Below are positions 1 to 10,074 of a stretch of DNA of 64,000 nt, one piece after another. The stretch lies in NCBI GenBank assembly GCA_963761335.1, contig CAVXGR010000013.1:96001-160000 (forward strand). The letters run 5' to 3'. Numbering within the stretch: position 1 is the first letter of the stretch; each line of letters starts with the position of its first letter. A program made the position numbers and the translations under genes. The notes beneath the pieces were generated by a model. The model was given only the letters and a program-made list of their open reading frames with translations, made no database searches and had not been told where the DNA came from. This stretch comes from an uncultured delta proteobacterium. GTDB lineage: Bacteria; Desulfobacterota; Binatia; HRBIN30; BPIQ01.

Positions 1-803
1 GACAGCGCCATCTCGATGGCCACCGCGGCGCCGAGGCTGGCACCGACCACGTGTGCCGGCGAGCTTGTCACGGCCGCCGCATCGGCTGCCGCGTCGGCGA
101 CGTGATAGGCGTCCGCCGCCGGCGCGTCCGAAAGCCCAACCCCGCGCGGGTTGACGCCGAGCACGCGGAAGCGCCGCGCCAGCGCCGGGATCTGCCGCGC
201 AAAGGCGGAGACGTCGGTGCCGAACCCCGGCAGAAGAAGCAACGGCTCGCCCTCTCCCTGCTCCGGCACCTCGAGCGACACGCCCGGATCCACCTCGCGC
301 AGATCGCGGCGCCGCTCCGCCCATGCCTCGACGTCCTCGCGGGTGATGCGGCCGCCCGGTCCGCTGCCGCCGATGCCGGCGAGATCGGCTCCGAGCTGCC
401 GCGCCAGGGAGCGCGCCGCCGGGGTCGCCGCCGGCGCGCCGCTGCGCAGGGATGGCACCGACGCCTGACTCGCAACCGCAGCGCCGGACGCCGGCGCCGC
501 CGGGGCCGGCCTCTCGGGCCGATCGTGCTGCTTGCGGAAGGCCTCGGCATCGAGTGGCTCGTCGCTGCTTTCGCAGATCGCCGCCAGCAGCGTGCCGCAG
601 GGGACCGTCGTCCCCGCAGCGATGTACAAATGGCGCAGCACGCCGGACACCGGCGCCTCGATCTCCACCTCGGTCTTCTCCGACTCGATGATGAGAACGG
701 TCTGGCCTCTCTCGACCCGCGCCCCGACCTCGACCGGCCAGGAGATGACCCGCCCCTCACGCATGGTCATGCCGAGCTTCGGCATGGCGAGCGGAACGGC
801 CAT
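1..803 (-). CDS. Dihydrolipoamide acyltransferase E2 of a 2-oxoacid/acetoin dehydrogenase complex (partial, runs off window start)
   Basis: Not in the ORF track. Minus strand from ATG at 803 reads MAVPLAMPKLGMTMREG...IESEKTEVEIEAP (lipoyl domain), then ATPAARSLARQLG...GSGPGGRITREDV (E3-binding domain). TGATG overlap with the E1 beta stop. Confidence 0.9.
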   Translation of the reverse strand, partial: MAVPLAMPKLGMTMREGRVISWPVEVGARVERGQTVLIIESEKTEVEIEAPVSGVLRHLYIAAGTTVPCGTLLAAICESSDEPLDAEAFRKQHDRPERPAPAAPASGAAVASQASVPSLRSGAPAATPAARSLARQLGADLAGIGGSGPGGRITREDVEAWAERRRDLREVDPGVSLEVPEQGEGEPLLLLPGFGTDVSAFARQIPALARRFRVLGVNPRGVGLSDAPAADAYHVADAAADAAAVTSSPAHVVGASLGAAVAIEMAL

Positions 804-1813
804 CAGCCCATCTCGCGCACCGCGGCCAGCACCTGCGCCACCGAGGGAACGTAGGCGTCCTCGAGCACCGGGCTGAAGGGCACCGGCGCATGCGGCGCCG
901 TCACCCGCTTCACCGGGGCGTTGAGGGTGTCGAAGCCGCGATCGACGCAGAGCGCCGCGATGTCGCTGGCGATGCCACAGCGCGGCGGTGCCTCGTCGAT
1001 CACCACCAGGCGGCCGGTCTTCCGCAGAGTCTCCAGCACCGCCTCGCTGTCGAGCGGCTGCAGGGAGCGCAGGTCGAGCACCTCGGCGCTGATGCCCTCA
1101 CCCTCGAGCTCGGCCGCCGCCTGCAGCGCCGTTTGCACGGTGCGCCCAAAGCCCACCAGAGACACGTCGCTGCCCTGGCGCACCAGGCGCGCCTGCCCGA
1201 TGGGGACCTCGTAGTCGCCTTCCGGCACCTCGCCGGAGACGAAGAGAAGCGACTTCGGCTCGCAGAAGACCACCGGGTCGTCGTCGCGAATGGCGGCCAG
1301 CAGCAATCCCTTGGCGTCGGTCGGCGTGGAGGGGATGACGGTCTTCAGCCCGGGGATCGCCGTGGTCATCCAGTACAGGGACTGCGAGTGCTGCGCCGCG
1401 GCTCGCAGCCCGGCGCCGGTCGAGGTGCGCACCGTCAGCGGCACCCGCGCCTTGCCGCCGAACATGTAGCGCAGCTTCGCCGCCTGGTTGAGCAACGGGT
1501 CGAGGGAGACGCCGATGAAGTCGATGAACATCAGCTCCGCCACCGGCCGCAGCCCGGTTGCCGCCGCGCCGACAGCCGCGCCGAGAAAGCCCATCTCGCT
1601 GATCGGCGTGTCGCGGACGCGCTCGGGGCCGAAGGCCTTCAGCAGCCCGCGGGTGGCACCCATGATTCCGCCCCAGGCCTCCTCAATTCCCTGGTCCTTG
1701 CGACCACCGCCACCGGCGATGTCTTCCCCGAGAACGATGACATCGGGATCCGCCGCCATGGCGATGTGCAATGCCTCGTTGATCGCCATCACCATCGGGA
1801 GCTCGCGCGCCAT
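803..1813 (-). CDS. 2-oxoacid (acetoin/pyruvate) dehydrogenase E1 beta subunit
   Basis: Motifs GEDI, FGPERVRDTPISE, AAQHSQ and DLRSLQPLD; AcoB/PdhB family. Confidence 0.93.
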   Translation of the reverse strand: MARELPMVMAINEALHIAMAADPDVIVLGEDIAGGGGRKDQGIEEAWGGIMGATRGLLKAFGPERVRDTPISEMGFLGAAVGAAATGLRPVAELMFIDFIGVSLDPLLNQAAKLRYMFGGKARVPLTVRTSTGAGLRAAAQHSQSLYWMTTAIPGLKTVIPSTPTDAKGLLLAAIRDDDPVVFCEPKSLLFVSGEVPEGDYEVPIGQARLVRQGSDVSLVGFGRTVQTALQAAAELEGEGISAEVLDLRSLQPLDSEAVLETLRKTGRLVVIDEAPPRCGIASDIAALCVDRGFDTLNAPVKRVTAPHAPVPFSPVLEDAYVPSVAQVLAAVREMG

Positions 1814-1817
1814 GACA

Positions 1818-2786
1818 TCACTCCTTCACATAGACGTCGGTGGTCAGGTCCGCCAGATCGGGCAACGGCGCCTTTTCCGCCTCCTCGACAGCAGCGGCGA
1901 TCAACGCCGACACCTCGCGATCGATGCGCCGCAGATTGCCGCCCTCGACCACGCCCTCGGCGACGACGCGCTCTTCGAACTGCGCCAGCGGATCGCGGTT
2001 CTGACGCCACTCGTCGGCCTCCTCCTTGGTGCGGTAGGTGAGCGGGTCGCCGACGTAGTGTCCGTAGTACCGATAGGTCTTGCACTCGAGCAACGTCGGT
2101 CCCTCGCCGCGGCGCGCTCGGGCGATCGCCGCACCCGCCTTTTCATGGACGTCGAAGAAATCCATGCCGTCGGCGATGTCGCTGCGCATCGCGTACGCCG
2201 CGGCGCGGGCGGCGATGTCGCGCACCGGGGTGACGAACTCCATCGGCGTCGCCTCGCCGTAGCCGTTGTTCTCCACCACGAAGACCACCGGCAGCGTCCA
2301 GATCGCCGCCAGGTTGAGCGCCTCGTGGAACTGCCCCTGGTTCGAAGCGCCGTCGCCGAAGAAGGCGATGGCGACACCACCGGTCTTCTTCACCTGCGCC
2401 GACAGCGCGGCGCCGACCGCCAGCGGGATCCCGGCGCCGACGATGCCGTTGGCGCCGAGCATGCCGCGGTCGAGATCGGCGATGTGCATCGAGCCGCCCT
2501 TCCCTTTGCAGATGCCGGTGCGGCGCCCGAAGAGCTCCGCCATCATGCCGCGCACGTCGACTCCCTTGGCGATGCAGTGGCCGTGGCCGCGGTGCGTCGA
2601 AGTGACGTAGTCGCGATCGGCGAGATGGGCGCAGACGCCGACGGCGACGGCCTCCTCGCCGGCGTAGAGATGCAGAAAGCCGGCGAGCTTCCCGGCCATC
2701 ACCAGATCCGAGAGCTTCTCCTCGAAGGCGCGGATGGTGCGCATGCGCCGGTACATGTCCATGAGCGTTTCGGTGGAAAGCGGCAT
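1818..2786 (-). CDS. TPP-dependent dehydrogenase E1 alpha subunit
   Basis: Motifs HLYAGEEA, STHRGHGH, GKGGSMH and FFGDGA...ENN (TPP motif). Start placed at MPLSTE, which has an AGGAGGAG RBS. Confidence 0.93.
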   Translation of the reverse strand: MPLSTETLMDMYRRMRTIRAFEEKLSDLVMAGKLAGFLHLYAGEEAVAVGVCAHLADRDYVTSTHRGHGHCIAKGVDVRGMMAELFGRRTGICKGKGGSMHIADLDRGMLGANGIVGAGIPLAVGAALSAQVKKTGGVAIAFFGDGASNQGQFHEALNLAAIWTLPVVFVVENNGYGEATPMEFVTPVRDIAARAAAYAMRSDIADGMDFFDVHEKAGAAIARARRGEGPTLLECKTYRYYGHYVGDPLTYRTKEEADEWRQNRDPLAQFEERVVAEGVVEGGNLRRIDREVSALIAAAVEEAEKAPLPDLADLTTDVYVKE

Positions 2787-2850
2787 CGATCTCCTCCTGT
2801 CGCGAAGTTTCACAGGGGGCAGGGGCTGTCAATCGCTGCGCGCGCGGGCC

Positions 2851-2881
2851 GAGTAGAAGCGGCGGGACGGCGCTTCTACTC
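2851..2881. repeat. GTAG-type REP hairpin (GAGTAGAAGCG...CGCTTCTACTC)
   Basis: 11-bp inverted repeat overlapping the stop of the upstream gene. Related copies at 21019-21043, 27497-27521 and 42915-42967. Confidence 0.7.
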
Positions 2882-4111
2882 CGGCTCTACGGAGACAACC
2901 ACCGGCCCTGCCGCCGGATCGACGTCATCGAGCCAGTCGGCCGGCGCATGCAGGGGCAATGCCGGCACCAGGCGCCGATAGCGCCCGCGCCAGAGGACTC
3001 GCGGCCCCTGGCGCATCACCAGGTCGGCGCGATCGACGAAGCACTCGCAGCGCCACAGAAATCGGCCGCGCGGCGGCCGCCCGCCACCGGCGGCGCTCGG
3101 CGAAATCCACTGCACCGGCGGCTCGCAAAGAATCGGCACCGCCGGATGTTTGGGCCAGTCACCGGTGCGCAGGAACGCCTGCACCGGCGCCGCCGCGTGT
3201 CGCCCCCCGAGCGCGGCGACGTCGGCGGTCTCGGCAGCGTGCAGCAGATTGCCGGCACCGAAGACGCCGCGGCGCGAGGTGCGCAGCGCCGCGTCGACGC
3301 GCGGTGCCCGCGTCGCCGGGTCCATCTCCAGACCGCCCCGGCGCGCCAGCTCGTGATCCGGGATCCAGTCGCCGGTGAACACCACCGTGTCGCAATCGAT
3401 GCGTTGGCTTTCACCGCTGCAGAGGTCTGTCACCTCGACCGCCTCCACGCGACGCGCCCCGACGATGCGCGTCACGCTGTGAGAGGGCAGCACCGGCACG
3501 CGATGGCGGCTGGCGCTCAGCCATCGGTATGGCGGATAGGTTTGATGGCGCGGATGCTCGGTCACCATGGCCACCGGCACACAGCCGCCGTGCACCAGGG
3601 TGAGCACCGCGGAGAAGCTGACGTGCTCGGCGCCCACAATCACGGCGCCGCGGCCGACGCGCTCGTGACGCAGGTGGACGAGCTGCTGCAGGGACCCGGT
3701 GGTGAAGATGCCCAGCGGCCGGTCTCCGGGAACCAGACGAGCGCTTCGCGGCCGCTCGCGGCAGCCGGTGGCCAGCACCACGGCGTCGGCCTCAATCACC
3801 TCGAGACCGCTGGGGCTGGTGGTGTGCAGCTCGCGCTCCCCCGCCCAGCCGATGACCGAGGTGCTGGTGCGCAGCTCGACGCCGGCCTCGGTGGCCAGCC
3901 CGGCGTAGCGGCGCGCGTAGGCAGGGCCGCTCAGCAGGCGGTGCATGTCGCGCAAGCCGAAGCCGAGGTGATCGGCATGGCGCGGAACGCCGCCTGGCTG
4001 CTCCTCGCGCTCGAGCACCAGCACCTTGCGCACTCCGCGCCGCCGCAGCTCGAGGGCCGCCGCCAATCCGGCCGGCCCGCCACCGACAATGCAGACGTCA
4101 GCGCGAGTCAT
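2876..4111 (-). CDS. NAD(P)/FAD-dependent oxidoreductase (pyridine nucleotide-disulphide family)
   Basis: Motifs GGGPAG, LATGCRER and GVFGAGN; typical partner of the adjacent FAD/BFD protein. Confidence 0.85.
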   Translation of the reverse strand: MTRADVCIVGGGPAGLAAALELRRRGVRKVLVLEREEQPGGVPRHADHLGFGLRDMHRLLSGPAYARRYAGLATEAGVELRTSTSVIGWAGERELHTTSPSGLEVIEADAVVLATGCRERPRSARLVPGDRPLGIFTTGSLQQLVHLRHERVGRGAVIVGAEHVSFSAVLTLVHGGCVPVAMVTEHPRHQTYPPYRWLSASRHRVPVLPSHSVTRIVGARRVEAVEVTDLCSGESQRIDCDTVVFTGDWIPDHELARRGGLEMDPATRAPRVDAALRTSRRGVFGAGNLLHAAETADVAALGGRHAAAPVQAFLRTGDWPKHPAVPILCEPPVQWISPSAAGGGRPPRGRFLWRCECFVDRADLVMRQGPRVLWRGRYRRLVPALPLHAPADWLDDVDPAAGPVVVSVEPE

Positions 4112-4294
4112 GGGGACTGGCTCCAGCTGGGGACTGGCTCCTTTTCGGCACCGGTTCCCTGCGGGACAGGAGATGCCGTTCGCCGCCGAAAAGGTGCCTG
4201 TCCCCGCCGGCCGCGGCGTTTGGGGACTGGCACCTTTTGCGGGCGACTCCGCCGCGTCCGGGAGATTTCGAACGGCAAAAGTAGCCTGTCCCCA
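4112..4294. repeat. Cluster of GGGGAC(A/T)GG...CCTGTCCCC REP doublets
   Basis: Units GGGGACTGGCTCCTTTT/AAAAGGTGCCTGTCCCC and GGGGACTGGCACCTTTT/AAAAGTAGCCTGTCCCC. Confidence 0.8.
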
Positions 4295-5713
4295 TCAGCT
4301 CCCCTCCGGCGTGGCAAGCACCTCGGCGATCGACTTGCCCGAAGCCGCGGCGAGGGTGGCGGCGAGGTTGGCCAGGCAGAAGAATCCCTGGCAGCGACCG
4401 AGCAGGGCACGGGTGCGGCGCCGCAGGCCGTCGAGGCTCTGTGCCGGAATCGGCGCCCGCGCCGCATCGAGGACCTCTCCGCGGCTGACGCGCTCGCAGT
4501 GGCAGAGGATGCGGCCGTAGTCGGCGTTGGCGGCGATCATCTCGGCAGACTGGTACGGCCGCGGTCGGCTCTCACCGATCTGCGGCATGCGCACCGAATG
4601 AAACTCCGGCACGGGCTCGAGGCGCAGGCCGGCGTCCGCCAGGCCGGCGACGACGTGCTCGGCGATCGCCATCGACGCCGACAGGCCAGTGGAGCGAATG
4701 CCGCCGACACAGACGTAGCGCTGCTCGGGGTGGAAGCGGATCTGATAGTCGCTGTGCTCGGTGGCAGCCCGCAGCCCGACGTAGACGGCGGTCACCTCCT
4801 CCGACATCAGCTCGGGAACGATGCGGCGGCCGCGCTCCATCAAGCTGGTGATTCCGGATGCCGTCGATCCCGTGGCCGTCCGATCGTCGATATCCTCCGC
4901 CGTCGGCCCGATCATGACGTTGCCGAAGACAGTCGGGCTGACGAGAATGCCCTTGCTCATCTTGGTCGGCACCTGCAGCACGATGTGCTCGACCAGCGGC
5001 CGCGCCAGCTTGTCGAAGACGATCAGCTCACCGCGCCGCGGCGTCACCGTGAACTCCCGATGTCCGAAGAGCGCATCGATGCGGTCGGAGTACAGGCCGG
5101 CGGCGTTGATCACCCAGCGGCTGTGGATCGCGCCGCCGGGCGCGCGCAGCTCGTGCGCCTCGGCGCCGCACGAGATCGACTCGACGGGGGCGGACAGGCG
5201 CAGCTCGACGCCGTTGAGCAGCGCCTGCGTCGCGTACGCCAAGGGTGTGGTGAACGGGCAGATGATGCTCTCATCGGGCACCTCGAGCGCGCCGCTGGCT
5301 CCGGGGCCGAGGTGCGGCTCACGCCGGTAGAGCTCGGCCGCGTCGATGATTCGCGTCTCCGCGTATTCGTTGCGCGCCGCAATGGCGGCGATCTCCGGTA
5401 GCGCCGCCCTCTGCTCCTCGTCCCAGGCGACCAGCAGGGCACCGCTGCGCTCGACCGGGATGCCGACCTCCGCAGCATACGCCGAGAGCAAGTCGTGGCC
5501 GCGGCGCACCAGCCGTGCCTCGAGGCTGCCGGGCTTGGCATCGAAGCCGGTGTGCAGGATGGCGGTGTTTGCCTTGCTCGTGCCGCAACCGACGTCGGCG
5601 GCGGCGTCGATCAACACGCAGCGCACACGGAAGCGCGCCAGCTCGCGGGCGATCGCCGCGCCGACGACGCCGGCACCGACGATGGCGACGTCGCGGATCT
5701 CCTCACGATCCAT
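4295..5713 (-). CDS. FAD-dependent oxidoreductase (G3P dehydrogenase/LhgO-like) with C-terminal BFD-like [2Fe-2S] domain
   Basis: Motifs GAGVVG, TSKANTAILHTG and C-terminal CHCE...GRCQGFFC. Start placed at MDREEI. Confidence 0.87.
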   Translation of the reverse strand: MDREEIRDVAIVGAGVVGAAIARELARFRVRCVLIDAAADVGCGTSKANTAILHTGFDAKPGSLEARLVRRGHDLLSAYAAEVGIPVERSGALLVAWDEEQRAALPEIAAIAARNEYAETRIIDAAELYRREPHLGPGASGALEVPDESIICPFTTPLAYATQALLNGVELRLSAPVESISCGAEAHELRAPGGAIHSRWVINAAGLYSDRIDALFGHREFTVTPRRGELIVFDKLARPLVEHIVLQVPTKMSKGILVSPTVFGNVMIGPTAEDIDDRTATGSTASGITSLMERGRRIVPELMSEEVTAVYVGLRAATEHSDYQIRFHPEQRYVCVGGIRSTGLSASMAIAEHVVAGLADAGLRLEPVPEFHSVRMPQIGESRPRPYQSAEMIAANADYGRILCHCERVSRGEVLDAARAPIPAQSLDGLRRRTRALLGRCQGFFCLANLAATLAAASGKSIAEVLATPEGS

Positions 5714-7142
5714 GAGCTCCGCCGCGCAGATCCTGGGTCGCCTCAACTGCCTCGCGCCAACAGGCGAGCCGATCCTCAGCATCGGCGGCCGAGATCCTCG
5801 GGGCGAAGGTTTCCGCCGGCCGCCATTCACCGATCGCCTCCTGCGGCGAAGACGCCAGGCCGCAGCCCAGGCGCGCAAAGGCGGCGACACCGAGCGCGGT
5901 GGCGTGCGGCGAGGGGTAGATGTCCACTGGTGCCTGCAGCAGATCCGCCTGCGCCTGCATGAGGACGCGCGAGCGGGTCAGCCCGCCATCGGCGCGCAGT
6001 CGCGAAATCGGACGTCCGAGGTCGTCGCCGGCGGCGCCAGCGAGGCAGGCGACCTGCGCGGCAACGCCGTCGACGACGGCGCGCACAAGGTGGCGCCGTT
6101 CCGTCGCCAGGGACAGACCGACGAAGCTGCCGCGCGCCGAGGGGCGCCAGAACGGTGCACCGAGACCGGCGAGCGCCGGCACGAACACCGCACCGCCGCT
6201 GTCGCCGGCCGCAACCACATCGAGATCGGCGGGCTCACGCATCAGACCGAGCCCGATCATCCAGGTCACCGCGGCGCCGACGGTGTACACCTGGCCGTCG
6301 AGGCAGTAGTCGGTGCGGTCGCCGAGCTGCCAGGCGACGCAGGCGACCAGGCGGGAACTCGAGCGGGCGGCGCGCTCTCCGGTGGTGGCGAGCAGGAAGG
6401 CGCCGGTCCCGTAAGTGCATTTGGCGGCGCCGGCGTCGAGGCAACCCTCGGCGAACAGCGCCGCCTGCTGGTCCACCGCCAGGCCGGCGACCGGCACCGT
6501 CCCTCCGAACGCCGCGGTCTCGCCGACGATCCCGGCGCAAGCAGCGATCCGCGGCAGGGACGCCGGATCGATTCCGAACACCTCGCACGCTTCCGGCGCC
6601 CAGCAGACCCCGGCGAGATCGAGGAGCAGGGTGCGCGACGCCGTGGCGGCGTCGGTGACGTAGGCTCCGGCGAGGCGATAAAGGAGCCAGGTGTCGCTGG
6701 TGGTGCAAACCCCCGCCGCAGTGACGTTCTCTCGCAGCCAGAGCATCTTCGGCGCGGCAAAATAAGGGTCGAGCGGCAGACCCGTGAGCTCGCGCAAGCG
6801 CTCGGCGTGCGCGGCAAGGCGCTCGCATACACCGGTGGCGCGGCGGTCCTGCCAGGAGAGTGCCGGCGACAGCGGTCGTCCCGAGGCGCGGTCCCAGGCG
6901 AGAACGGTCTCGCCCTGATTCGCCAGCCCGACGCCGGCGATCGGCACCGCCGCCCGCGCCACCGCCTCGCGGCCGGCGTCGAGGACCGATTGCCAGAGCT
7001 CCTCCGGGTCCTGCTCGACGCCGCCGCCGGAGACAGCGCGCGGATGTACCGGCACCTCGGCCGCCGCCAGAATCACGCCCGCGGGCGACACCACCAGCGC
7101 CTTGGTCGACGAGGTTCCCTGATCGATGGCGAGGATGTTCAC
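5703..7142 (-). CDS. FGGY-family carbohydrate kinase (glycerol kinase-like)
   Basis: Motifs AIDQGTSSTK, NQGET, WQDRR, DQQAALF, KCTYGTG and ADGG. Confidence 0.9.
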   Translation of the reverse strand: MNILAIDQGTSSTKALVVSPAGVILAAAEVPVHPRAVSGGGVEQDPEELWQSVLDAGREAVARAAVPIAGVGLANQGETVLAWDRASGRPLSPALSWQDRRATGVCERLAAHAERLRELTGLPLDPYFAAPKMLWLRENVTAAGVCTTSDTWLLYRLAGAYVTDAATASRTLLLDLAGVCWAPEACEVFGIDPASLPRIAACAGIVGETAAFGGTVPVAGLAVDQQAALFAEGCLDAGAAKCTYGTGAFLLATTGERAARSSSRLVACVAWQLGDRTDYCLDGQVYTVGAAVTWMIGLGLMREPADLDVVAAGDSGGAVFVPALAGLGAPFWRPSARGSFVGLSLATERRHLVRAVVDGVAAQVACLAGAAGDDLGRPISRLRADGGLTRSRVLMQAQADLLQAPVDIYPSPHATALGVAAFARLGCGLASSPQEAIGEWRPAETFAPRISAADAEDRLACWREAVEATQDLRGGAHGS

Positions 7143-7201
7143 CGCGGCGGTTGTACGCCGGTAGGGTGGGGACAGGCAACTCTTGGCGCGAGCGCCGTGG
7201 T

Positions 7202-7703
7202 GGGGACAGGCTACTTTTCGGCTTCACCGCCGCAACTGCTCACCAGCGACTCCAGCGCCGAAAAGTAGCCTGCTTCGAAAATCTATTGGGGAAGGTCTGG
7301 CGGAGCTCCCCGCGCTTGGCGTGGAGGCTTATCGCCCCGGAGGGGCGCAGGCATGTAGCCCCGGGTGTTAACCCGGGGACCGCGTTCCGATTGGCCCAGA
7401 TCAGCGCCCCGCAGGGGCGCAGGCGCAGAGGCCGCGTGAATCACCTCGATGAGCTTCCCAGGCACCCAGCGGTGATCATCGGCGTACAGGCGTGACATCG
7501 ACGAAAACTTGCCCGCGCCCCTGGCGGGGCGCGCCTGACGGAGCGTGCATTCTTCCCCGGGTTTCACCCGGGGCTACACGCCACCGCCCCTCCGGGGCGA
7601 ACTTCAGCCGGGCGAGGACCTCCAAGTCTCTTGCCGGCGCAGATCCCCAGCCTCATTTTCATCGTCTATTGGTGAGCCGCAAGGCTCATGACGCACTGTC
7701 CCC
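7202..7703 (-). mobile_element. REP doublet interrupted by a ~426-bp non-coding element (7270-7695) carrying GCCCCGGAGGGGCG-type REPs
   Basis: The inserted part is a near-identical inverted copy of 36584-37010, and its ends are shared with 17055-17339. Confidence 0.75.
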
Positions 7704-7746
7704 ATCGTGGATTTACATCTTCTCCCTTGGAACGCTAAATAGGGGC

Positions 7747-9303
7747 GTGCTCCGTGCTCCGACTCTCGGTGAGCTCCTGCGCGTTGCCGCCCGCGAGGCG
7801 CCGGAGACAGAGGCGTTCCGCTACGGCGACGAGTCGATCACCTACCGCGACTGGGACCTGCTCGCCGATCACATGGCCGCGGCGCTGGCGGCGCGCGGTG
7901 TCCGCCGCGGCAGCGTGGTGGCGCTGCTGCTGCCCTCGACGCCGCTCTACCCGGTAGCCTATCTGGGCGCGGCGCGGCTGGGAGCGGTCACCACGGGGAT
8001 CAACATTCGCTACCGGCGAACGGAGATCGGCCACATCCTGCAGCGCAGCGGCGCCTCGGTGCTGATCGCCGTGAAGAGCTGGCGGGATGCGGATTTCCGC
8101 GCCGCCATCGAGCCGTTGCGCGCCGAGCTCGAGGAGCTGAGAGAGATCGCCTGGCTCGCGGCGGACGAGGTGTGCGCCAGCACCGCCGGCGTGGTCGGCG
8201 CACTTGCGGCAGGAGAGGTGGCGCCGGCCGTCGCCGTGGAGCCCGACGATGCAGTGGCCATCGTCTTCACCAGCGGCACCACCGGAGTGCCCAAGGGCGC
8301 TTGGTTCACACACCGGAACCTGATGGCGGTGGCCGAGATCGACACCCGACGCTACGCCAGCGGCGTGCCGCCATTCGCGAAGCATCTGGTCGCCGGCCTG
8401 CCCTTTGCGCACATCGGCACCATGGCCCGCATGGCGCTTCACATCGCCCACGGCAATGCCATGCTGATCCACGACACCTTCGATCCCGCCGCCGTGCTGG
8501 CGACGATCGAGGAGGAGAAGCTGACCCATCTCGGCGGCATCCCCACGCAGATCGTCATGCTGCTCGACCACCCGCAGCGAAGCCAGCACGACCTCTCGTC
8601 GCTCCGCTCCGTTCTTCTCGGCGGCGCGCCGTCGTCACCGGCGCTGATCCGGCGCGTGCAGGAGACGCTCGGCGTCTCTGTCAGCGTGCGCTACTCCTCT
8701 ACCGAGGTGGGCATTGCCACGGCGTCTCTCCCTGACGACTCGCCGGAGATCCTGACGACAACCGTAGGCAAGGCCACACCAGGCGTCGAGCTGCGCATCG
8801 TCGGCGGCGACAACCGTGCGCTCGCCGCCGGGGAGGTCGGCGAGGTCGTGGTGCGCTCGCCGGCAACCATGCGCGGCTACTGGCGCGATGCGGAAGCGAC
8901 TGCCGCCGCCATCGACGCCGAGGGTTGGGTGCACACCGGCGATATGGGGTACCTCGATCCACAGGGCTATCTGCACCTGCGCGGGCGGCAGAGCGAGATG
9001 TTCATCCGCGGCGGCTTCAACGTCTACCCGGCCGAGATCGAAGATCTGCTCGCCAAGCACCCGAAGGTGGCGCGCGCCGCGGTCGTCGGTGTTCCGCACG
9101 AGGTCTTCGGCGAGATCGGCTGGGCTTTCGTCGTGCCGCGCGATCCATCCTCGCCCCCCGCGCTCGAGGAGCTGCGCGCCCACGTCGGGGAAGCCCTGGC
9201 GAGCTTCAAGCGCCCCGACGGGGTGACCGTTCTCACGGAGCTACCGGTCACGCCGATGTTCAAGGTGGACAAGCGCGCGCTCCGCGAAATGAGAAGGTGT
9301 TGA
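7747..9303 (+). CDS. Class I adenylate-forming enzyme (acyl-CoA ligase)
   Basis: Motifs FTSGTTGVPKG, YSSTE, HTGD, IRGGFNVYP and KVDK. Start placed at GTG 7747 because the longer ORF runs through the repeat. Confidence 0.9.
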   Translation: MLRAPTLGELLRVAAREAPETEAFRYGDESITYRDWDLLADHMAAALAARGVRRGSVVALLLPSTPLYPVAYLGAARLGAVTTGINIRYRRTEIGHILQRSGASVLIAVKSWRDADFRAAIEPLRAELEELREIAWLAADEVCASTAGVVGALAAGEVAPAVAVEPDDAVAIVFTSGTTGVPKGAWFTHRNLMAVAEIDTRRYASGVPPFAKHLVAGLPFAHIGTMARMALHIAHGNAMLIHDTFDPAAVLATIEEEKLTHLGGIPTQIVMLLDHPQRSQHDLSSLRSVLLGGAPSSPALIRRVQETLGVSVSVRYSSTEVGIATASLPDDSPEILTTTVGKATPGVELRIVGGDNRALAAGEVGEVVVRSPATMRGYWRDAEATAAAIDAEGWVHTGDMGYLDPQGYLHLRGRQSEMFIRGGFNVYPAEIEDLLAKHPKVARAAVVGVPHEVFGEIGWAFVVPRDPSSPPALEELRAHVGEALASFKRPDGVTVLTELPVTPMFKVDKRALREMRRC

Positions 9304-9392
9304 AGGGGACTGGCTCCTGGCGCAGAGGCTCTGTGGTTGAGGCAGACGACGCGCCAACGAAAAGGTCCCTGTTCCCGAACCGAACTGGGCCC

Positions 9393-9920
9393 GTGACAGA
9401 GACACACAGCAAAGTAGCCTGGACATATGTAGCGCTTTCGGCGGGTGTCTCTGCGCTGCTGGTGATCGGCGTGGCGTGGTACGCAGGCATCATCCAAGAT
9501 GTCATGCTTGGTAAGGCGGCCCTGGCCACTGTACTTGACTTCAGTGTCGATCTGACTAAGCGCGCGCAGCACTCAGCAGCCTTCAGTGTCAAACATCCCG
9601 GTCGATATTCAGTGAATGTTGAGCTGACATTGAGAAACGGCCCGCAGGGCGGGCGAGACGCAACCAAGAGTTTTGGGTTCGGCGGTGAGGTGTCAATTGC
9701 AGGCAGGTCAGGGAAGGTTCTGCTGAGCCGAGCGTTTTCCAGAAGACTGCGCGGTGACGAAGTGGGCTTTAAGTTGCTCGACCTGACCGCCGACGAAGTG
9801 GGCGGCCCTGGCGATAAGGTCTTTAGGCTTCGCCTCGACGTCACCCCGCAGTTCAAGGAGCATTACTCCGAGGCGACGATCTACGTCAGAAGAGAACGAC
9901 ACTTCGCTTTGACGTACTGA
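9393..9920 (+). CDS. Hypothetical protein with one N-terminal TM helix
   Basis: Hydrophobic segment VAWTYVALSAGVSALLVIGVAWY; visibly lower GC than neighbours; flanked by REP doublets. Start uncertain. Confidence 0.55.
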   Translation: MTETHSKVAWTYVALSAGVSALLVIGVAWYAGIIQDVMLGKAALATVLDFSVDLTKRAQHSAAFSVKHPGRYSVNVELTLRNGPQGGRDATKSFGFGGEVSIAGRSGKVLLSRAFSRRLRGDEVGFKLLDLTADEVGGPGDKVFRLRLDVTPQFKEHYSEATIYVRRERHFALTY

Positions 9921-10002
9921 AGTGAACTCCGTTTGGAGTGAAGTAGCGTACGCCGATTCCGAGGGGCGGCACCTCGCTGAAGGTGGGCGCGGGACGTGAA
10001 GC

Positions 10003-10074
10003 GGGGACAGGCAACTTTTGCGGCCGAGATCGCTACTTGGAGGATACATCGCCCGGCAAAAGTAGCCTGTCCCC
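10003..10074. repeat. Uninterrupted GGGGACAGGCAACTTTT...AAAAGTAGCCTGTCCCC REP doublet
   Basis: Inverted arms; overlaps the 3' end of the ligase gene. Represents the empty site for the CAG-inserting element. Confidence 0.8.

Noticed and set aside
7283..7746. Duplicated small ORFs (7283-7567, 36511-36786, 36711-37079) and the ligase N-extension
   Set aside because: They are translations of the non-coding repeat element, with no protein motifs.
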